A DNA stretch of 64,000 bases from Botryllus schlosseri. Its lineage: Eukaryota. The notes below the pieces were generated by a model. The model saw only the letters and a list, made by a program, of their open reading frames with translations, was not told the DNA's origin and ran no database searches. The DNA lies in the NCBI GenBank assembly GCA_051294905.1, contig CM119372.1, positions 6,324,001 through 6,388,000 on the forward strand, read 5' to 3'. The translations under genes and the position numbers were made by a program. Positions 47,401-57,086 of the stretch are shown here, in pieces. The number at the start of each line of letters is the position of its first letter. Within the stretch, counting starts at the first letter, position 1.

Positions 47401-49308
47401 AATGAAACATGTATCTCACACAAGACAAAATATATGATAACGACAATTCACTGAGATTCAGTGAGAATTCTACTGTGTGAGTCGCGGCCTTGACCGCCAG
47501 CGAACCATTGCTCTAGTATGTTCATAGAGATTGCTCTCTTGCTCAGGTTTGACATCGGAGGGTCTGTACAGAGTTTCCGGATTTCACGACGACGTGCAAC
47601 GTTTAAAAATCGCCTTCGACAGATGTGAGTATTGCAACGGTTACCGGCTTCAAGCACAAGGCCGAACAGTGTCGATTTTTCTAGACGGGGCCGAAGTCGA
47701 CTTGTCCTCGTACGACGATATCAACATTGTCGCTGGCGGTCTGAAGCTGTACCTGCGCGAACTGCCCGTTCCTTTGATACCTTTTAACTTATACTCGAGA
47801 TTCATCAACGCTGCGAGTAAGTGCGGCCGTGTTCTTTCCCATGGTAAGGCGTTGCGTCTAATTGGTCGCGTTTCTCCCCGCAGAACTTTCCTTTTCCGAC
47901 GGTAAACTGGAAGCGATACGTACTGCGCTGGACGTGATGCCGCCGGCTCACTTGCAAACCTTGAAGCATATTATGATGCATCTCGGAAGGTAAATATCGA
48001 CTGTCTTAATTTAGGTAGAGCGTATGAAAAAGCGGTTAATGAGCGCCTCGTTGGAGTCATATTCATGACACACCGATTCGTATTAGCAGTGTTTCTTACC
48101 CAATGCAGGTGGTTAACGCTTGTTAGGTTTGTCGATTGCAATGGTTTACAGTGTCATCACTGTGGGACAGTTACCGAATAAAATTAAATGTCAATTGGAA
48201 AAAGGGTGGCCGGTTTGACCTTTGACAAGTTGCGTCTATACGACCGGGTTTGGTCGGTCAAATATGCAAATAATTGACGGCGTCTCATCGGTTTTGCGTG
48301 CAAGCTGTTGCCCCACGTCGATCTGAAATTAGTTTTAGTGTTGTTGTCAAAGTACATTCACAGACCGCCTGTATGTAGTTCCAGAGAGTTCCTGAGCCCC
48401 GGGTTCGGAACCACTGATCTATTTTGACCCTGGTTCTTCCGAGATTCCTGTCATCAAGCGGTCTGCGTGTTGAGCATTTTATGTCTGTGGTTCCCAACGT
48501 GGACGATATCCCCCCCCCCCCCCCCCAGTGGCCGATTATAAGAAACAAGGGGACGAAAATGTTAGAACGTACAGTGAGATATATTTAATTAGCACGGTCA
48601 GAAAAATGCACTTGACGACGGCCTGTTATGCATATGACTCGAAAAAAGGTCAACTCAACGGAAAATAGACCCGGAAACCTTTTTTTCCGAGCACCTACAA
48701 CTTCGAAAAATGGCCCCTTTTCAGTGAAGTCACCAGAGATCAGAGTTAGATGACTGAAATCCCCGATTTTTCAGATCCGCAAATATGGGGGGCGAAAATT
48801 TGTGTCGAGATTGAGGTTGGGAACCACTGTTTTAGATGATCTTCAATGCACGAAAGGCGCAAATATGGAAAGAGTCAAACCGTTTTGTGTACTTGCGAAA
48901 AACAGCGGGTGTACTCTGTAAAAACACTGACGAAAATATTATATTCTGCGTCCTATGTGACCAGCGATCTGTCTCCGAGAAGTAAATCCAATCAATTCCG
49001 AACATTAATTTTCCGGAGACTGAACACGTACCTGCGGGCTGCGCTGATGAACAAGTCTATTATTTATATTCGCCTGTTATTAATTCAGAGTGTGCGACCG
49101 GGAAGACAATCAAATGAACGCGCAGAATCTGGGCATCGTGTTCGGACCGACCATGCTCCGGCCGCCCGAGAAATCGGGTCAGGCCCGTTACAGTCTCGAC
49201 GACACGCAGTACCAGAAAGAAATCGTACAGACCCTGGTTCAGAGCCGTCACGAGCTGTTCGGCTTTGCTAAAATGGACGCCCCGATGCGGGAGACCCACA
49301 ACCTGTGA
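2375..49308 (+). CDS. CHN1/2: Chimaerin (SH2 - C1/DAG-binding - RhoGAP Rac GTPase-activating protein), 22 coding exons, ~1140 aa
   Basis: Manual exon chain with GT-AG sites and consistent phases: 2375-2426, 3044-3102, 10691-10827, 20525-20602, 21436-21546, 21617-21966, 22945-23511, 24453-24635, 25245-25473, 27597-27698, 34714-34798, 35163-35268, 40686-40810, 40871-40927, 41774-41995, 43006-43170, 46241-46325, 46390-46563, 47547-47624, 47685-47816, 47884-47989, 49089-49308. Sum 3423 nt = 1141 codons including stop. Chimaerin-specific motifs: [46 protein letters not shown] (arginine finger), NLGIVFGPT. Confidence 0.93.
3044..3102 (+). CDS. CHN1/2: chimaerin exon 2 ([19 protein letters not shown])
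   Basis: ttttccag acceptor, gtaagg donor; YQLQQEAP identical to vertebrate chimaerins. Confidence 0.92.
8801..10155 (-). mobile_element. hAT DNA transposon derivative with transposase remnant
   Basis: Perfect 22-bp TIRs caggccgtgttatttttggcat; perfect 8-bp TSD gatattac (8793-8800 / 10156-10163); TTTTGGCA subterminal repeats. Confidence 0.9.
9181..9583 (-). pseudogene. hAT transposase C-terminal fragment (disrupted)
   Basis: Conceptual translation [10 protein letters not shown]...[12 protein letters not shown]...SFHDAWKPV...LKTFCG*LATFFP / [27 protein letters not shown], with several stops and one frameshift; recalled similarity to hAT dimerisation-domain proteins with an FCGGLATxFPxTATVESDFS motif. 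Confidence 0.72.
10691..10827 (+). CDS. CHN1/2: chimaerin exon 3, SH2 N-half ([46 protein letters not shown])
   Basis: tttttag acceptor, gtaagt donor, FLVRES motif. Confidence 0.93.
11895..12631. mobile_element. hAT-type MITE
   Basis: TIR taggggtttccaac / gttaggaacccctg; degenerate TSD ctgtacag / ctgtgtag. Confidence 0.7.
12290..12594. mobile_element. nested foldback MITE with (CCTAA/CCCTAA)n core
   Basis: Inverted arms gacatatgagcatgcgac / gtcgcatgctcattgctcatatgtc around telomere-like repeats at ~12380-12505. Confidence 0.65.
15677..16378. mobile_element. hAT-type MITE
   Basis: TIR caggggtggccgacc / ggttggccagccctg; perfect TSD gtgtagtg. Confidence 0.88.
17440..18175 (+). repeat. dispersed AATTAG-rich repeat family (other copies ~20945-21290, ~22395-22700, ~28285-28440, ~32360-32680 +; ~40175-40600 -)
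   Basis: Shared aattagattagaattagaatt subrepeats and core (ttcagttc...caaatg...ggctcgtt...cagcattttcagg); this copy is interrupted by the SINE. Confidence 0.65.
17705..17951 (+). mobile_element. tRNA-derived SINE (family also at ~740-940 +, ~25537-25700 -, ~54680-54941 +)
   Basis: A-box-like tagcatagtgg head, shared body (ctcctcgcc...taagcggtgtc), caaacaac tail; flanked by a 7-bp direct repeat acctctg (17698-17704 / 17952-17958); B-box agttcgagtcc in the 54.7-kb copy. Confidence 0.72.
18955..19160. mobile_element. MITE with GACTCGAGTC subrepeats
   Basis: 10-bp perfect TIR cagggttgta / tacaaccctg; TSD not evident; related subrepeats in 55556-56484 and ~62140-62545. Confidence 0.55.
19911..20150 (+). 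repeat. 88-bp tandem duplication plus inverted partial copy; Penelope-like pLTR / hammerhead remnant
   Basis: Units at ~19985-20065 and ~20073-20150; inverted copy at 19911-19940; the first unit contains CUGACGA...GAAA...UUC. Confidence 0.45.
20525..20602 (+). CDS. CHN1/2: chimaerin exon 4, SH2 ([26 protein letters not shown])
   Basis: ttgcag / gtaagt; aligns to NFRLYYDGKHFVGEKRFES; phase 2-2. Confidence 0.92.
21436..21546 (+). CDS. CHN1/2: chimaerin exon 5, SH2 C-end ([36 protein letters not shown])
   Basis: tttcag / gtaagt; aligns to [23 protein letters not shown]. Confidence 0.92.
21617..21966 (+). CDS. CHN1/2: chimaerin exon 6, linker
   Basis: Open GC-rich frame (ORF 21609-22010); phase 2 acceptor after a pyrimidine tract (aaaag, weak); donor gtaagt at 21967. 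Confidence 0.72.
22945..23511 (+). CDS. CHN1/2: chimaerin exon 7, linker
   Basis: ttttccgcag acceptor, within 223-aa ORF 22860-23531, phase 1-1; donor gtggga is moderate. Confidence 0.78.
23725..23950. repeat. minisatellite, ~33-bp unit (gggtagttccagttctagttgcggattttgaaaat)
   Basis: About 6 degenerate tandem units visible. Confidence 0.7.
24453..24635 (+). CDS. CHN1/2: chimaerin exon 8, linker
   Basis: cccgcag / gtgggt, phase 1-1, coding-like composition. Confidence 0.78.
25245..25473 (+). CDS. CHN1/2: chimaerin exon 9, linker
   Basis: tctcccgcag / gttagt, phase 1-2. Confidence 0.78.
25537..25700 (-). mobile_element. SINE copy, reverse orientation
   Basis: gacaccgcttacgcggatgaggtgcgaggaggagcctag is the reverse complement of the family body. 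Confidence 0.6.
27597..27698 (+). CDS. CHN1/2: chimaerin exon 10, linker ([34 protein letters not shown])
   Basis: tttgtttcag / gtcggt, phase 2-2; not in the ORF track because it lacks a Met. Confidence 0.68.
30766..31425. mobile_element. long-arm foldback MITE (660 bp)
   Basis: Arms 30766-31080 and 31112-31425 are near-perfect reverse complements, with a 31-bp spacer; flanked by TA on both sides. Confidence 0.92.
32692..33518. mobile_element. hAT-type MITE
   Basis: Perfect 16-bp TIR cagtggtcgggaacct; TSD ctctagat / ctatagat. Confidence 0.87.
34714..34798 (+). CDS. CHN1/2: chimaerin exon 11, linker ([28 protein letters not shown])
   Basis: ccattttcag / gtttgt, phase 2-0, bridges the neighbouring phases. 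Confidence 0.65.
35163..35268 (+). CDS. CHN1/2: chimaerin exon 12, linker ([35 protein letters not shown])
   Basis: caattcag / gtcggt, phase 0-1. Confidence 0.68.
35443..35600 (+). repeat. SINE-like fragment (shares ccgaatgcgtacctttt with ~25740-25790)
   Basis: B-box-like gagttcaatccc; second copy nearby. Confidence 0.35.
35701..35978. mobile_element. hAT-type MITE
   Basis: TIR cagtggttctcaacc / ggctgagaaccactg; perfect TSD gtttaaat. Confidence 0.88.
40686..40810 (+). CDS. CHN1/2: chimaerin exon 13, linker ([41 protein letters not shown])
   Basis: ttctctttag / gtaaat; only the phase 1-0 frame is open. Confidence 0.72.
40871..40927 (+). CDS. CHN1/2: chimaerin exon 14, linker ([19 protein letters not shown])
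   Basis: ttccgcag / gtgaga, 57 nt, phase 0-0, follows a 60-bp intron. Confidence 0.72.
41774..41995 (+). CDS. CHN1/2: chimaerin exon 15, linker (contains LQRRATT, cf. vertebrate LVRRATL)
   Basis: gcaacag / gttggt, phase 0-0, within ORF 41759-42040. Confidence 0.78.
43006..43170 (+). CDS. CHN1/2: chimaerin exon 16, linker end and first His of C1 (...YYDKEHVFK)
   Basis: gttttag / gtgaga; YDKEHVFK aligns to YEKIHNFK. Confidence 0.88.
43895..44000 (+). mobile_element. tRNA-SINE fragment of a second family (recalls Meta-domain SINEs)
   Basis: B-box gggttcaatccc followed by gggtca...cttgacgctcagcatt; family assignment is from memory only. Confidence 0.4.
45575..45918. mobile_element. possible MITE with inverted ttgtttaaaacatgtt ends
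   Basis: Inverted repeats at ~45576-45607 / ~45880-45918; related sequence near 62060-62095; no TSD found. Confidence 0.35.
46241..46325 (+). CDS. CHN1/2: chimaerin exon 17, C1 domain ([28 protein letters not shown])
   Basis: cttttcag / gtaggt; C1 Cys/His spacing intact. Confidence 0.95.
46390..46563 (+). CDS. CHN1/2: chimaerin exon 18, C1 end and RhoGAP start
   Basis: [17 protein letters not shown]...[13 protein letters not shown]; ttgcag / gtgggt. Confidence 0.95.
47547..47624 (+). CDS. CHN1/2: chimaerin exon 19, RhoGAP arginine finger ([11 protein letters not shown])
   Basis: gctcag / gtgagt. Confidence 0.95.
47685..47816 (+). CDS. CHN1/2: chimaerin exon 20, RhoGAP ([21 protein letters not shown])
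   Basis: ttttctag / gtaagt. Confidence 0.95.
47884..47989 (+). CDS. CHN1/2: chimaerin exon 21, RhoGAP ([22 protein letters not shown])
   Basis: tccccgcag / gtaaat. Confidence 0.93.
48485..48829. mobile_element. hAT-type MITE
   Basis: TIR ctgtggttcccaac / gttgggaaccactg; degenerate TSD ttttatgt / ttttagat. Confidence 0.65.
49089..49308 (+). CDS. CHN1/2: chimaerin last coding exon ([20 protein letters not shown]...THNL-stop)
   Basis: taattcag acceptor; TGA ends at 49308. Confidence 0.95.
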
Positions 49309-50191
49309 ATCGAAGGTGTCTTGCCTGTGAGGAGATCAGCGCGGGGTATACTGTGGACGGAACGCGCCCGGCGCCAGGCGAATTTTGCAATTAATGTTCC
49401 ATCTTTTCATTACGCCTCCGCCATGACATAAGTTATATCTTAATTTATCCATCTCATGTTTCGCATTTGTGGCCAGTTCTAATACAAGGGCGGCGTGGCC
49501 GGAAAAAAGTCGGAATTTTAAACGTACGTTCTGTAAAACGGCATCATGACGGGTTGAATTCGACGACCTTCAATTTCTTGACACCAAGCATCCTCCGTCA
49601 ATATTGCTGCGTAAAACTCACGGCTGTTCGCGCTGTTACGTGAAACGAGTCGTTGCGACCAATGCGAGTATTTTAATTTAATTTCGAAATGATTGCTGGT
49701 GATGTATACTCATGAGGACTTTTTATTATGCGTTCAAAGGCGTAAAATGATGTCGAAAGATATCTTGTGGTCGCGATTTTCGTGTAACGTTTGCTATCGC
49801 CTTCACGGTTCGGGTATCTCTGTTTCGAATTTTTATACTTTGCATTTCGTTTTGTCTACGTTCGATTCGATGTACTGTTCGCGCGAATTCGGTATTTTTC
49901 TTCTTTCAACCGCTGATTTCGTTTGACTATGTAGTTCGACGCCCCTTTTGGCTGTTGTCGGGCCGGGAGTATATTTGTAATCGGGCGTGCGTGTGTGTGT
50001 TTTGGCAATACGCGTTGTTTCTGAGGTGTTTGCGTCACGTTTTCCTTGATGCTTTATTAGCCACTGTGCGTCTTGGCGTTGTTCTCTCTTTCTTTCGTGC
50101 GGTATACGTGTAGTATAGTTTCTCAGTACGCTTCAGTTATTAAGGACGTCTCTCTAATTTCTTTCGTGGTGATCCTGTCTCACCTTTGTAC

Positions 50192-50197
50192 AATAAA
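50192..50197 (+). terminator. candidate polyadenylation signal (AATAAA) of chimaerin
   Basis: AATAAA ~880 nt after the stop, followed by a GT-rich tract (ttgtctccggtctcggttgtctctgggttt); further AATAAA near 50357 and 50377. Confidence 0.45.
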
Positions 50198-50877
50198 AAA
50201 GGAAAAATGCGAAACTCGTGGGTGCAATTTGTCTCCGGTCTCGGTTGTCTCTGGGTTTGGATGTTACATTAAGCTGGTTTTAACCCTAATTTAGGAGAAA
50301 TATTTGTCTGAACTACAACGAGCCGACCATTATATGCATTTCAGTGATATAAGGCCAATAAAACAGTTCTGCCCGAATAAACGTAACGGCGGTGAAAATT
50401 TCAATTGCATTTTCCGTGAATATATCAAGTTATTTCTAAACTTCGGGTCAATTTCAAGTGGCCAAATATATTCAGTTTGAGTCGTTTGTACGGACATAGA
50501 GGCGTAAGCAAAGCACTGAGAACCACCGTTTCAGATGGTGATCCGGTATACCGGTTATGACGTCGAACCCTGATTAGTATTTAGCATTTCCAATACGTTG
50601 CAGGCTTGCTCATGCTCATCCTTATTTCAAGAGGCCAGAGGTAACCAACTGCAGAGGTATGGTCGCAAGCCGCCGTAAAGCAATAATTACGTGGCCCACT
50701 ACACATTAAATTATCGTCTGTTGGCGGCCGTCAATATGCATTTTGAATCAACGAATTGGTGCCAAATCTCAGATTATAATTAAACTTGAAAATCTTATTC
50801 ACGCTTGGCGCGATTCAGGGTGACTTCAATTTTTCGTTTTTAATATAATAGTGTAATTTGAGCCCTACAGCATATAC

Positions 50878-52670
50878 CAGCGGTTCTTAACCTTTTTTCC
50901 TCTAGCGCCCCCTCATCATCATCATTGGTTTATTAGCAATTTTATCAGTTCAATACACCACAAAAAATGCGATACAATGAAAAGACAGGAAGATGTCGAA
51001 GCGACAAGGAGTAGTCTATGGAATCTGACACCCACCTTGGCCTAGGCGATGTAAAGAGGAGGCATGCACACTGAATGAAAGTAAAGAAGATAGTATAGAA
51101 AAACGATGCGACAAGAAATAGGGCGGCATGTCAAGGGAAGCGAGATCGATAGGTCAGTCGTGGTCCGGTAATCTTGAGGATGGACCCTTTCAAAAATTAT
51201 CGTGCTCCAGCGCCCCCCCAACTTCATATTGTTAGGAATGTAATAAAGACGAGGAGTAAGAGGGAGGGCCGTAACAGCACTTCGTAAACCCCCTAAAAAC
51301 GATTGCCTTGCGCACCCATAGCGTGATAAACCGAACTTCTGAGGGCTTCGCCCCCACGAACCCCATATCGTGATTTCGATGGTCAGCAAAGGTTGTGTGG
51401 CCTGGTCGCCCTAGGTACCAAAATTTTCTATAATGCATGAATGAATAGGTGGTAATTACATATATAAGTCGCTATAAACTTTTTATCCTCTCAGCCCGCG
51501 TAATCAGATATACCAGTAGCACTGAGTGAGCTGTTGTATAGGAAAATAAAGGGCACGTAATTAATAATTAAACATATTCGGGCGTGCCCGAAGGTACAAT
51601 TATTCGTTATCATGGCCGTAAAAGCACTTCGTCAGCCCCCCCCCCCCCCCCCAAAAAAAAAACGTTGGTCCTGGGCCCCCATCGGGTGATAAACCAAACT
51701 TCCGGGGGACTTCACTCCCAGACCCCCATTAGGCTGTCCGCTATTTGCTGATAGCCTATTAGGTATCTACATTGGGTGTCCATTTACTGAGGCATCTATT
51801 CTCTAATTAATGATTGAATTTGGTCAATATCATCGGGAATTGCATGTAAATTGAGATTAATTTTTATCCTCTCTCTGCTCACGTAAACACATTTACCGGT
51901 AGAGCTGAGTGAGGTGCAACGTTCCCTCTAAGCTGCGCACGTGCGCAGTGCTGACACGGTCTCTGCGCACAGAAAATCTACGTTGCGCACAACAAATCCG
52001 AAGTTATTACCTTTTTTTAGTCGTTACGCACTGTTGTCCAAGGGTCAGCGCAGTGAGTTGCTGAGTGTGCGCAGACTCATCAAAACTTAAAGCGAACATT
52101 GTGAGGTTTCTTGGAAACTGTAGGGCCCGTTACTAATAATTAAACATATTCGGGCGGGCGAACCCGTTGGTATGACTATGTTGCATGATGGTATGTCGTG
52201 ACCCTCTGTCTGCAATATCAAAAAATATAGAATCGCTCAACGGGGATATCGCCCTACAGGAATATTCCTGTCGCCCAATCGTACTAAACTAAAAGACGCA
52301 CACGATTTCAGATTGGTATTTCTTCACTGACATATAATTTTCCCCTGCCAGATGGGATTCGTCTTCTGGGGTTCATATTGCCAAGACAGGAACATTCGGT
52401 GTCAGTCATTTAGGCGCCCATGGACAATTAAACCTATATGTATTTTGAAGGCAATATGTAACGAAGTTTTCGGTGTTAATTTGCTCTGAATACTCATTAA
52501 GGATATGTCCTATCACCACATCATCTACTGCGAAGCCATTTTTCTCCAGCGCCCCCCATACCGCCCCCCTGAGCCCAGCGCCCCCCATATCGCCCCCTGA
52601 GCGTTCCCGCCCCCCTTCAAAATCGCCAGCGCCCCCTGGGGGGCGCTGGGGGCAAGGTTAAGAACCACTG
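50878..52670. mobile_element. non-autonomous hAT element (1793 bp) with nested sequences
   Basis: TIR cagcggttcttaacc / ggttaagaaccactg; perfect TSD gcatatac; agcgcccc subterminal repeats. Confidence 0.9.
51917..52101. mobile_element. nested hAT-type MITE
   Basis: TIR caacgttccctctaag / cttaaagcgaacattg; TSD remnant gtgaggtg / tgaggtt; empty homologous site at ~58780-58800. Confidence 0.78.
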
Positions 52671-53272
52671 GCATATACAAATGCGAACCGCAGATGAAAA
52701 TTATGTATCCCATAAGAAATACCAAGTCGGAATCGAGTGCGTCTCACGAATGAAGGTTCATCTGGTGCGTTTGTGCAATTCCTATGCATATCTCGACCAT
52801 GCCTACGATCCTGATGGCGGCTTAAAAATAATAGCATGCCACAAAGTCATTAATAAAAGCCAGAAGGTGCATCATCAGAAGTTCTGTGCCAAATAACTTT
52901 TCCTAGACATTATGTTCGCGATCTTGGTGTTGTTATATGGTTCAATGTATTTTAAAACGTTTCAGTAAAACCGCACAACCAGTCCTCCCGCCTTCGAGCC
53001 CGTTCTGTCGATCGCGTGACCGGAGCGTCGGGAGCACACATCCAATAATTACGTTAATCGCAGTCACACTTCCCCTTGATCCAAAGATCACAAGGGAACC
53101 CAACACACAGCGCAACGATGTTACTTAAAACGTGGAAATCCAGTGAACGATTCTAACACAGTGTATATATGAAACGGCATACTTCCCCTAGGTCTGAAGA
53201 TCGCACAGGAAGCCAAGTCAATGTGATAAGTGTGGACACGACAAAACTAGTACGGGCTGTGCACATATCGAT

Positions 53273-53682
53273 CAGAGATAAGCATGGATTAGGATTAGGT
53301 TTTGAAAAAACAGGATTTGTGAAATTTTGTCGGATTTGGATTGGATTTGGATTAGACATTTTTTTCGGAACGGATTAGGATTTGGATTGGACTTACCTAT
53401 TTTCTGGGAGATTGAAATGTTGTGTGGCGAATGGCGGCAAACTTTATTCAGATCAGTTAATAATGTACTTATGGTTACTAAGTTGTCTTGAATCAAGTGA
53501 ATCAAGACAATTTTCGAATCCCTCCATTGCATAAATTAGTATTTTTTCTGAATTTCCAGTTGGAATCGGATTAGGATTGGACATGGACTTGAATATGAAA
53601 AAGTGATGGATTTGGATTTGGATTTGATGGTTCGGATTTGGATTGGATTAGGACATAGAAATTTCAAATCCGCTCATCTCTG
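53273..53682. mobile_element. hAT-type MITE with (GGATTT)n subrepeats
   Basis: TIR cagagataagc / gctcatctctg; perfect TSD atatcgat. Confidence 0.85.
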
Positions 53683-53787
53683 ATATCGATTCATCAAACT
53701 GCAACTTGAATTTTGACATATGGCTGTGATTTATTGGCGGGGAAGGGGAATCATTTGGTCTTCCTACCCCCGTGATCAATTGATCAC

Positions 53788-54060
53788 TTAAAGGGGCACT
53801 GCGCTCTAAAAATGATGTGGTCTCAAATTGGAGGGCAAAACGAAAAAAATTTTGGCCGCAGCCATTTACTTCAGAACGACACCGTATTGGAGCTGCAATT
53901 TATTAAAATTTCCACAGGACCTTCACGCTCCAGCTGCCGCGGCTGCGCCTCATTTCTTTACCCGTTAGCCTACATGACACAATGTCTTCACCGTCGCACT
54001 TGCTCGACGCGTAATCACTCATTATGACGTCATAAGAGTACGGAAGATGTAAAAGTTCAA
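53788..54060. mobile_element. possible Kolobok-type fragment
   Basis: TTAA followed by aggggcactgcg and an internal tgacgtca palindrome; the matching right end was not found. Confidence 0.3.
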
Positions 54061-54679
54061 ATATGTACCTTTCATGCCACCCGAAAGAATATAACGCCTG
54101 TTATTGATCGCATTTAAGATACTTTGGTATTTTTTCAACCATACCGATTTCATTGCACTTTGTGGCAATGTTGTGGGATGGTCAGAACTTCCCAAATGTG
54201 TAATTTCCAGTAATGTTAGTAGCTTTATACTTTATGTTTCGTATGCTGCGATACGGCCAACTACGGTTTCAAGGCTTGCACAGTGGAAAATAGTATGGAA
54301 ACTATAATTCTCGTCGATAAATAACTTTCAGTGGCGAGGAGCGTATAATTTCAGTACTCGAAAAAATCGTCTTTTACTACTCGACTCGAATCATTAAAAT
54401 TATTACTCGATTCAGACTCGAGTACTCGAATCAATATGCCCAGTCCTACTTGTGAGGGTGCGACTTGGTCCACAGAATGCTTTGAGCCCTATGAATTATG
54501 GCACATTCATCCCCTGCTGAGTGGCAGAAACGAGTTATGAAATATGTGGTCGTGTCTTATGGAAATCCTTGTCTTCGATATGATATGAATGAAAATCCAA
54601 TTTCGCAAAGAAAGGTACGGGGGCGAATGAAATATTTTCAAGTTGTTATTCTTGTGACACCTTATGTTATGACCGCAAC

Positions 54680-54941
54680 AAGACGCACCCACAGCTGTAA
54701 CACCAATGGGTTGCTAGTTCGAGTCCTACGAGGTCAATTCCAGAATTCGCCTACCTATGTGGTTGATGTTTATTTCTGCTCCTCATGGCCATGTGATCCG
54801 CTAAAGCTGTGTCTTAAAAAGGCCTACAACCGAGCCGTGCTACAAGTCGGTAAATACTGAATCCTAATATAGAATATCGGCTTGTTGTAAAATGACTGAA
54901 GTAGGTGAAACACCATGAATATCAGAATCAACAACACCAAC
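54680..54941 (+). mobile_element. SINE copy with B-box
   Basis: cacagctgtaacacca...agttcgagtcc head, shared body, caccatgaa...caacaacaccaac tail. Confidence 0.6.
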
Positions 54942-55555
54942 ATGTGGCATCGAAATTGATTTACAGACTTTCAAAGGAACATATCAATCAAGCCATTCCT
55001 ATCCGGCAGCCCATTTTAAAGATCTTCTGTAATAGTGTTTATCGTTAGAGAATAGTGCTTATCTCTAACACGATACCGTGGAATGGATTACAAGGTTTAT
55101 CAAAGCAAAGAAGCTAAACTGTGCAAAATGCCTCATCGTGGCGGCGGTGGCGTTTTAGGTTTAATTATGCGATACGCACCAGCGTTGATGTTGCGTCAGT
55201 GATGCGACTTCCGTAGGAAAATTTGCTTCAGTTTCTACACTTGCTCCGAATCGAGTGGTCGCTCAATATATAGCATAGTGTTACCATATGTCCTTATCTA
55301 GCAAGATTTGTCCTCTGTTTTCAAGAAATCGAAAGTGTCCTCCGAGGTCGCCCAAATATCCTCCTTTTTGGCAATTCGTGCTTTTTTAGTCAACACAGCA
55401 GTATTTCTAGTCAAAATTTTGAAATTTCTCGTTGCCTCGTCCGGTTTTATATTATAAGTTTTGTGATTTGTAAAAAGTGTCCTCTTTTTTGTGTCTCAAA
55501 AATAAATAACAACCCTATGGATATCTTGTACTCCGCGATCATTATGCGTTTATGA

Positions 55556-56484
55556 CAGTGTTGGGATCAAGTCTCTACCTTCAAGTCACGGGTCATCTCG
55601 ACTCATTGCACATTTTGACTCGAGTCAAGTCAGTCGTTCTTTGATGGTGACTCGAGTCAAGTAAAAATTCAAGTCAAGTTGTCTTTCCGAAGTACGAGGC
55701 ATGATTAAGACATTGCATTTTGCTAGCTCATTGAAATAGAGATTGCGTCGCCATTTATTTTATATCGAGAAATTAATATAGACCTTAACATGCAAAAAGG
55801 CGTTGTATAGCTGACGCATACGTAGAAATGCTAAGCTACGTAAGTAACTGCTGTATATCCTGTCTCTAATTATCCGCAAAAATGAAGAATATAATACGAA
55901 ACCGCATATAGTTGAATCGAATTGATACGATGCACTACCCAACTACATATCCATGGGATACGATTTAAGCCTGCGCCAAAGATTGACGAATGATATAAAC
56001 ATACAAATATATTAGAATTCAATTTAAATCACACAAGAGGTTTGGTTAAGGTGAGCACCGAGCATCAATGACCACTGACCAGTATATAGAACAGATGTAG
56101 ATAGGCTACTTTGCTATTATATTACTTTCCTGCCAGTTCCCAGCAACGTACGTTGCAAGCTCCGATCACTTAATTTTCGGTCAATTTATCTGTGACACGG
56201 CAATGGAGATTCAGTAAAACGTAAAATCGTTGAATGAATTTAATTGGTCGCTCACACAGTTCACTCCAACGCATCGAGTACTATCCGAACATATGGAAGA
56301 TACAGCGACCTAGTCGACACCGATAACTTGATGACTTGAAATTGACTCGTAAATTTTGCCTCGGGTCACGAGTCAATCCACATTTCTGGAAGGACGAGTC
56401 AAGTCAAATCAAGTCATTTTTGAAAAGTGACTCGAGTCAAGTCAAGTCATTCGAAAGAATGTGACCCGAATCATCTCAACACTG
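55556..56484. mobile_element. hAT-type MITE with GACTCGAGTCAAGTC subrepeats
   Basis: TIR cagtgttgggat / atctcaacactg; TSD gtttatga / gtttataa. Confidence 0.82.
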
Positions 56485-56673
56485 GTTTATAATGAGAGTG
56501 AGAATAGAAAGCACAGCTGTGCTCGGTATCAAGGGTACCTAGCTTTTTTTTGAAATTATAATCAACCTGAAACGATCTTGCAACCCAAATAACACCGACT
56601 ATAATTCAATCATGTTATACAGTATTGTATATGGAGGTCTTTTACAAATAGACTTTTAAAATTGTTGTTGAAT

Positions 56674-57086
56674 TCATACGAAATTCATTAAATTTTTTTC
56701 AACATCTTCCCAGTTACATGTTTTCATATCTTTTTTAGCTGGCGGAAGGTTATGATCAAACACAGAAAAGATTCCACCGGTGTGAATATACAGAATTCTC
56801 TTCCCTTTAAATCGATGCCGATTGTGTATGAATTCATCCCTGAGTGCCTTGACAGCGCGCCCTCCATACGTTGGATCACACAATACGCCGGTCGAGCTGG
56901 CAATCTCATTGCAAAGGCGCAATGTATCTTCCAACGAGTCGGTGCACTGGTAACCATCAATTATATCGACGACGTCTCTGGATTTGACGTGAGTCAACCC
57001 GACATCACGGAGTATGTCGTCAATGATGTCATAGAAAAACTTGTCATCTTTTCGCATTGCCACTCCGTGGATTTTGACTTTGCTGT
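56674..57086 (-). CDS. dcyD-like: dcyD-like exon 2
   Basis: 201-aa ORF 56674-57279; homology begins at SKVKIHGV right after the ctacag acceptor. Confidence 0.9.

Noticed and set aside
48087-48416. Possible additional hAT MITE (cagtgtttcttacc ... gttcggaaccactg), plus orphan ends near 27370, 37508 and 44063
   Set aside because: TIR match is weak and no TSD or partner end was found.
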